Shown here piece by piece: positions 58,589-64,000 of a stretch of 64,000 nt of DNA. The notes under the pieces are model-generated. The model was not told the DNA's origin and did no database searches. It was given only the letters and a program-made list of their open reading frames with translations. The position numbers and the translations under genes are program-made. Source of the stretch: a bacterium (GTDB lineage: Bacteria > Electryoneota > Electryoneia > Electryoneales > Electryoneaceae). The first letter of the stretch is position 1. The number at the start of each line of letters is the position of its first letter. The stretch covers positions 864,001 to 928,000 of the forward strand of contig CAXXKJ010000002.1 in NCBI GenBank assembly GCA_963675295.2, read 5' to 3'.

Positions 58589-60301
58589 ATGGCTGCTAAA
58601 CAGAAGATGACTCCGTTCCCACCGACGTTTTTCGTGGCGAACGTGATGGAGATTTTTGAGCGGATGGCGTGGTATGGGTTCTTCGCCGTCAGCTCGCTGT
58701 ACTTGACCAGCCCGGTGGCGCAAGGCGGGTTGGGGTTTACCAGCACTGAGCGCGGTATCCTGCAGGGCATTATTCCCTTCCTGTTGTACCTGTTCCCGGT
58801 GATCACCGGCGCGTTGGCGGACCGCTACGGATATCGAAACACCTTCCTGGTTGCGTTCGCGATCATGACCCCGGCGTATTGGCTGCTCGGTCAGGTGAGC
58901 GGTTTCTGGAGCTTCTTCGGCGTCTTCCTTCTGGTGGCAATTGGTGCGGCAACCTTCAAGCCGGTTGTGGTGGGTACGGTCGGCCGGTTGACGGACGACA
59001 CCAACCGTGGTATGGGCTTCGGCATTTTCTACACCATTGTCAACGTCGGCGGGTTCGTCGGGCCGCTAGTGGCCGGCTATGTCCGGGCGATCAGCTGGGA
59101 TCTGGTGTTTGTGATGTCTGCCATCTGGATCGGCCTGAACTTTATTCCGACGCTGTTCTTCTACAAAGAACCGCCTGGTGGCGATACCGAGAACAAGAAG
59201 AGCATCAAGCAGGTATTGCTTGGGGCGCAGGAAGTTCTGGGTAACGGTCGTTTCGCGTTGCTCGTGGTGCCGATCATCATCTCGATGATGGTATCCGGCG
59301 GTGGCTGGATGAGCTGGAACTATACGCTCATCGGCAGCGCGGTCTGGATCATCCTCAACCTGCTGTGGAACGCGGGTGTGAAGAACAGCGGGGACAATGC
59401 CCCGTGGTTCCGTCAGAAGGCGCAGATCGGCAACTGGCCATTCGTGGTCTACCTGCTGATCCTCGCCGGATTCTGGGCGTCCTTCAACCAGATCTTCATC
59501 ACCTTGCCGGAATACATCCGCGACTTTGTCGACACCGGTCATCTGGTGAACATGATGGCAGTGTTCGGTCAGGGCACGGTGGACTTCCTTGCCAGTGTAA
59601 ACATCGAACAGCTGTCGACTGAGATTCAGCGTCTCGCTGCTGAATATTCGCATATCGGCAATGACGGCCAGGCGCAGCAGCTGCTGTTCGAGCTGGTGCA
59701 CTACAAGGTGCGTGTGCCGCTGGAAGAGATCACGACGACGTTCAATACCTTCGCGGGCACGGTGGACGCGTCCACCGCCACGGCGTTGGCCAACGAATGG
59801 GCCGGAAAGTACAGGCAGATTAACCCCGAGTACCTGGTTAACCTGGACGCTCTGTCCATCGTGATCTTCCAGATTCTGGTCAGCTTTGTGATCCAGCGCT
59901 GGAAGCCATTCCCGGTGTTGATCGTGGGTACGATCGTCGCGGGTACGGGTATCGCATTGAACAGCATCGCGGTAACTGGTGTGCTGGTGGTGTTTGCGAT
60001 TGTGGTGTTCGCGTTCGGTGAAATGATCGCGTCGCCGAAGAGCCAGGAGTATGTGGCGAAGATCGCACCGCCCGGAAAGACAGCGCTGTTCATGGGGTAT
60101 TACTTCGTGTCGGTGGCGTTGGGCAACCTGTTCGGCGGCATCCTGTCGGGTCAGGGCTACGACGTGATCGCGAAGGAACACATGAACCCGTCCCTGATGT
60201 GGATCATCTTTGGTGGTGTCGGCTTCCTGACTGCAATCGCGTTGATGGTCTTCAACAAAGCTGTTGTCCCGACACTGGAGAAGCAGGAACAGACGAGCTG
60301 A
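58589..60301 (+). CDS. MFS transporter, POT/PTR peptide-transporter-like
   Basis: EIFERMAWYG (ExxERFxYY-like), GALADRYG, FKP and GFGIFY..VN.G. Confidence 0.85.
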   Translation: MAAKQKMTPFPPTFFVANVMEIFERMAWYGFFAVSSLYLTSPVAQGGLGFTSTERGILQGIIPFLLYLFPVITGALADRYGYRNTFLVAFAIMTPAYWLLGQVSGFWSFFGVFLLVAIGAATFKPVVVGTVGRLTDDTNRGMGFGIFYTIVNVGGFVGPLVAGYVRAISWDLVFVMSAIWIGLNFIPTLFFYKEPPGGDTENKKSIKQVLLGAQEVLGNGRFALLVVPIIISMMVSGGGWMSWNYTLIGSAVWIILNLLWNAGVKNSGDNAPWFRQKAQIGNWPFVVYLLILAGFWASFNQIFITLPEYIRDFVDTGHLVNMMAVFGQGTVDFLASVNIEQLSTEIQRLAAEYSHIGNDGQAQQLLFELVHYKVRVPLEEITTTFNTFAGTVDASTATALANEWAGKYRQINPEYLVNLDALSIVIFQILVSFVIQRWKPFPVLIVGTIVAGTGIALNSIAVTGVLVVFAIVVFAFGEMIASPKSQEYVAKIAPPGKTALFMGYYFVSVALGNLFGGILSGQGYDVIAKEHMNPSLMWIIFGGVGFLTAIALMVFNKAVVPTLEKQEQTS

Positions 60302-60802
60302 CCAGGTCTGGCTTGAGAGTCAATACACGGCCGGTGGTGATGGGTTGCAAAGTCCATCCCACGGGCCGTTTTATCCTCCATGCGGGATGGATGCAAGTGA
60401 TCGTTGGCGGGCGGTCAACTACGCGAAGGTGTATGAGTATGCGGTGGTGGACTGTTTCATTTCAACGATGAACTGAGTCGCTGGTGCAGGAGTTGGCGGT
60501 TGTTCCCGTTACGCCGGTCACCGCGGCAGGATTACTGCCGTGTTGTGGACTATGATGCCTGCAATTTCCAGCATAGCAACAGTTTTTTTACCAGAGAAGG
60601 AGATTATGTGCTGTAGCCTGTAGAGAGGCAATGGGAGTCATCTCGCTGTGGTTTCGTTCAAATTGGAGTTGTAGGTTATACGATCTTAATGGATTACGGA
60701 TTGTAAGTGATGTATTTGGTTTTTTCTGGCATGTGATCGTGCGCACAGCGTTTCGTGTATTGGGGTGGTATCCTGAGACACGATTTGGCTCAGGGAAGCA
60801 TC

Positions 60803-61755
60803 ATGAAGGTGAAATTCTGGGAGTGCGAGGGAGCATTCCGACACCGCTCAGTCCTCACGAAGTGGAGCAGAAGGTGATCTCCATGGCGGAGGACGTGGTG
60901 CGTGCCGGAATCACCGACCCGAATGAAGTCGCGGGTTACCTTCGCCGCAACTACAGCATGCTGCAGCGTGCGACGGTGGGTGGCAACACCACCTGCGTCA
61001 GCGTCGAATGGCCGGACACGACGGTCATTCTGGACGCCGGCAGCGGGATCCGTCTGCTCGGCGAATCGCTGATGGACGGAGCATGCGGCAATGGCGGCGC
61101 GGAGTTGCATCTCCTGTTTTCACACACCCACTGGGACCACATCCAGGGCCTGCCCTTCTTCGGACCGTTGTTCCAACGCAATCTGCTCAACATTTACGGC
61201 TGCCATCCGAACCTCGAACAACGGCTGCGCTACCAGCAGAGCTTTGACTATTTCCCCGTTTCGCTTGATGCGTTTGTCGCCGACCTCAAGTTCCACCAAT
61301 GCGTTCCGGATACGCCGGTCGACCTGCCCGGTGGGGGACGTTTCATTCCGCACAAACTGGACCACCCGGGCGACTGCTTTGGCTACCGGATCGAAAAAGG
61401 TGGCAAGTCGGTGGTGTTTGCGACCGACAGCGAGCACAAGCCGAAGAACCGCGACAATCATCATGACGTGATCGAGTTCTTCCAGGACGCCGACCTGGTC
61501 ATCTTCGACAGCCAGTACACGCTGGAAGAGAGCATCATCAAGGAAGACTGGGGGCATTCATCTGCGATTGTCGGGGTGGACCTGTGCGCCAGGGCGAATG
61601 TGAAGAAGCTTGCGCTGTTCCACCACGAACCGTCCTACCCGGACGCCTTCATCCACAACCTGCTTTTAAAGGCGCAGACCTACCGTCAGGTGAACTATAA
61701 CGGCATCCCGCTGGAGCTGTTCATCGCGACGGAAGGCGATGCGATCTCGTTGTAG
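60803..61755 (+). pseudogene. MBL-fold metallo-hydrolase with a 1-nt frameshift after codon 6
   Basis: ATG 60803 reads MKVKFW, then GVRGSIPTP continues in the -1 frame. Motifs GGNTTC, LDAGSG, SHTHWDHIQG, WGHS and LFHHEP are intact. Confidence 0.7.
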
Positions 61756-61783
61756 TCAGAGTACAACTGAACGCAAAACAAAG

Positions 61784-61858
61784 CAGGGACACGTTGTCCT
61801 CAAAGTGTCCCTGATGAAGTGAAATGCCGGGGACACTTAACGGAGTAAGTGTCCCCGG
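61784..61858. repeat. Two GGGACAC-type REP-like palindromes (61784-61813 and 61827-61858)
   Basis: Match 43655-43686 and 18036-18065 respectively. Confidence 0.8.
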
Positions 61859-61921
61859 TTCTGTTGTTCTTTTCCTATCTTTTCCTATCCTTTGCTTTCT
61901 CTTACTGTCCGTTCCTATCCG

Positions 61922-64000
61922 TTACTTCAACAACACCAGCTTCTGCATCCGTGTCATCCCACCGGGCTGATTGACACGCAGGAAGTACATCCCGCTCGCC
62001 AGCCTGGAGGCGTCCACGGTCAACGTGTGCCGTCCCGGGCTGAACGGTTTATCGGCAAGAGTTATCACCTCACGCCCGAGGATGTCGAACACCTGCGCCT
62101 TGAGGTGTGTCCGTTGCGGCAGATCCACTTTGATGGTGGTGGTTGCATTGAAAGGGTTCGGGTAGGCCTGATGCAGCGTCCACTGGTCCGGGGTGGTGGC
62201 GGACGGTTCGTCGACACCCATGAATCCGTCGTTCAGACGTTGCGCCCACAGGCTGGCAGCGGATTCCGGTAAAACTTCATCCGCGTATTCCTGCCACCAG
62301 GTGTACGCTCCACCTTCGCCGTCGGAGCCAAGCGTGAGGTCGTTGGTCCAGCCTCGGGTTTCGATAATCGGCACCGGGCCGTCGATGTACTGCACGGGGA
62401 AGGTGCCCTGCTGGGTGATTCGCCGATAGACGAGAAAGCGGTCGTAATCGACGTGCTGGAACCAGGCCACGTACAGCGAATTGTCGGGCAGCACCATGGC
62501 GCCGTTTCGCTGCAGGTCAGCGTGAAAACCCGGATTGGAAAGCTCTGCGCCTGTCAACGGGAACAACTGCGGAACGCCGGAGAGGTCGAACTGCTGCGCG
62601 AACACACCGCTGAAATCATCCCGGGCGGTGTAGGCAAGCCAGAACAGGTTCTCGCCACATGGCTGCAACGCGAGATCGTCCGTTGTCGACCAATCGATCG
62701 GTAGATCGATCAACTCCTGCGGCACATCCCCCCACAGCAGGTCGCCGTCCGGATTGATCAATTGTCCGTGAATCGCACCTCTTGGATCGTCATTGCTCGA
62801 ATACGTCATGCACACGAGCAAGTTGCCGTCGAACACCATCGTTGACGGCCGCGAGTAGTCGTCAATAGCGATGGGAAGGTCTTCGTCCCACAGCAACTCA
62901 CCGTCTCCGGACAGTCGTTTCACGTAGTAGTCGCCTTGGCTCCAGCCCCTGATGGACAGGATCATCATGCTGCCATCGTCCAGCATTTCGACGGTCACGA
63001 AATCGTCGTCGTCGCTGCCGGCACCGAGGCTGAGCGGAATGAAATCAGCGTTGCCCTGCGACCACATCGGCTCGCCGTTCGCGTTGAACCGTTGCGCCCC
63101 GATATTCTGGCACCAGTCAGCGTTGTAGTATGTGAAGATGACAATGCAGCCGCCATCCGGCAGGCCGTAAAGGGCTTCGTTCGCATTCAAATAATACAGT
63201 GCGGGATCGAACAGGACTCCCTGATCGCCCCAAAGCAAATCTCCGTCCGGCGTCACTTTCTGCAGCACCACACCGTCGTATTCGTCGACACCGTACGTTG
63301 AGATCGTTGCGGATACAATCAGGTTGTCGTCGCCAGCGGCATCGATAAACACTTCGCCCAAGTAGGTAGTTAACGTGTCGTCGCCGACGAAGGGATAGCC
63401 GGGCAGCAGCGGAATTCCCCACTGTCCAAGGGTTTGTTCGCCGGTCAATGGATCGAGGGATTGCATCACCAGCATCCGTCCGAACGGATTGATGCGATAA
63501 TCCGACCAGGCCCAGTACGGAGTGGCATCAATCAACGCCAGCGAGGCTTCTGTGGCGGACCCCGATTCGCCGTCATTGAGCGTCAGCCCGTTGACCGGTG
63601 TTTCTAGAAGGTGGTTCACAACATCGAAAGAATGGAACCGGATTCGTGCGTGACCGTCTGAATGGTAATGCGAGAGTACGACACGGCCGGCATCGGATTG
63701 CGCCATGGCAATGGTATTGACGTAGCCATCAGGTTCAAGGTAGGTCGTCTCTGCGACGATGTCGCCGTTAACATCGACCTGTGTCAGAACCTGATCTTCG
63801 TGGTAGTCCCCTGTGATAATCACCGCGCCGCCGAAACCGTCCCCCAGGGCGTACAGGGTGTAGTCATAATCATCGCCGATGGTGACACCATTACCCCAGT
63901 ACGTTTCGAGGCTGGTCTCACCGCCGAAGCGTTGCGCGTTCAGGTGTTCCACCTGGTTTTCACTCCACAGGCAGATGGCGGAGTGGTCGTCGGACGGAAT
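61922..64000 (-). CDS. Large secreted repeat protein with T9SS CTD, paralog of 43712-46696 (5' partial)
   Basis: Frame is open to the window end; AQRFGGETSLETYW aligns with AQRIGGRDSLEVFW; VVLQKV...G..LW; C-terminus YPNPFN...KLVLLK. Confidence 0.8.
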   Translation of the reverse strand: MPSDDHSAICLWSENQVEHLNAQRFGGETSLETYWGNGVTIGDDYDYTLYALGDGFGGAVIITGDYHEDQVLTQVDVNGDIVAETTYLEPDGYVNTIAMAQSDAGRVVLSHYHSDGHARIRFHSFDVVNHLLETPVNGLTLNDGESGSATEASLALIDATPYWAWSDYRINPFGRMLVMQSLDPLTGEQTLGQWGIPLLPGYPFVGDDTLTTYLGEVFIDAAGDDNLIVSATISTYGVDEYDGVVLQKVTPDGDLLWGDQGVLFDPALYYLNANEALYGLPDGGCIVIFTYYNADWCQNIGAQRFNANGEPMWSQGNADFIPLSLGAGSDDDDFVTVEMLDDGSMMILSIRGWSQGDYYVKRLSGDGELLWDEDLPIAIDDYSRPSTMVFDGNLLVCMTYSSNDDPRGAIHGQLINPDGDLLWGDVPQELIDLPIDWSTTDDLALQPCGENLFWLAYTARDDFSGVFAQQFDLSGVPQLFPLTGAELSNPGFHADLQRNGAMVLPDNSLYVAWFQHVDYDRFLVYRRITQQGTFPVQYIDGPVPIIETRGWTNDLTLGSDGEGGAYTWWQEYADEVLPESAASLWAQRLNDGFMGVDEPSATTPDQWTLHQAYPNPFNATTTIKVDLPQRTHLKAQVFDILGREVITLADKPFSPGRHTLTVDASRLASGMYFLRVNQPGGMTRMQKLVLLK

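Noticed and set aside
60631-60802. N-terminal extension of the MBL ORF, and similar extensions at 1004, 2906, 14440, 19624, 39632 and 58454
   Set aside because: The extensions run through promoter or intergenic DNA; downstream starts have an RBS and signal peptides or family-typical N-termini.
61862-61921. Pyrimidine-rich periodic tract (CTTTTCCTAT x2)
   Set aside because: Low-complexity spacer with no evidence of function.

Overview
GC-rich bacterial chromosome segment. The lineage is probably an FCB-group organism outside Bacteroidota, inferred from type IX secretion (T9SS) genes occurring alongside qmoC and conventional SD/sigma70 signals; this is not verified. The window is dominated by T9SS biology. 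It holds a porU-porV locus followed by an M6-like pseudo-protease, a gluzincin/propeller/beta-barrel protein and two DUF5683-like proteins, and it has 13 genes ending in a T9SS C-terminal sorting domain (CTD). Eight of these CTD genes form a tandem array at 1.1-21.1 kb, including three lamin-tail-domain (LTD) repeat proteins. The cargo genes look modular. Near-identical CTD tails and upstream elements surround unrelated passengers, GC content breaks sharply inside genes at module junctions, an orphan CTD tail abuts a REP-like palindrome, and an 80-bp direct repeat carrying a 17-codon ORF brackets a CotH gene. Together these suggest a cassette-like T9SS cargo diversification process, although no recombinase is encoded in the window. 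The rest is housekeeping or envelope genes: acyl-CoA dehydrogenase, cysteine desulfurase-like, ribokinase, thioesterase, an orphan qmoC, glycosyltransferases, methyltransferases, an aldolase, an MFS transporter and a frameshifted MBL hydrolase. No rRNA, tRNA, CRISPR array, transposase, integrase or reverse transcriptase was recognised. Start codons were re-assigned by eye from RBS and signal-peptide context.
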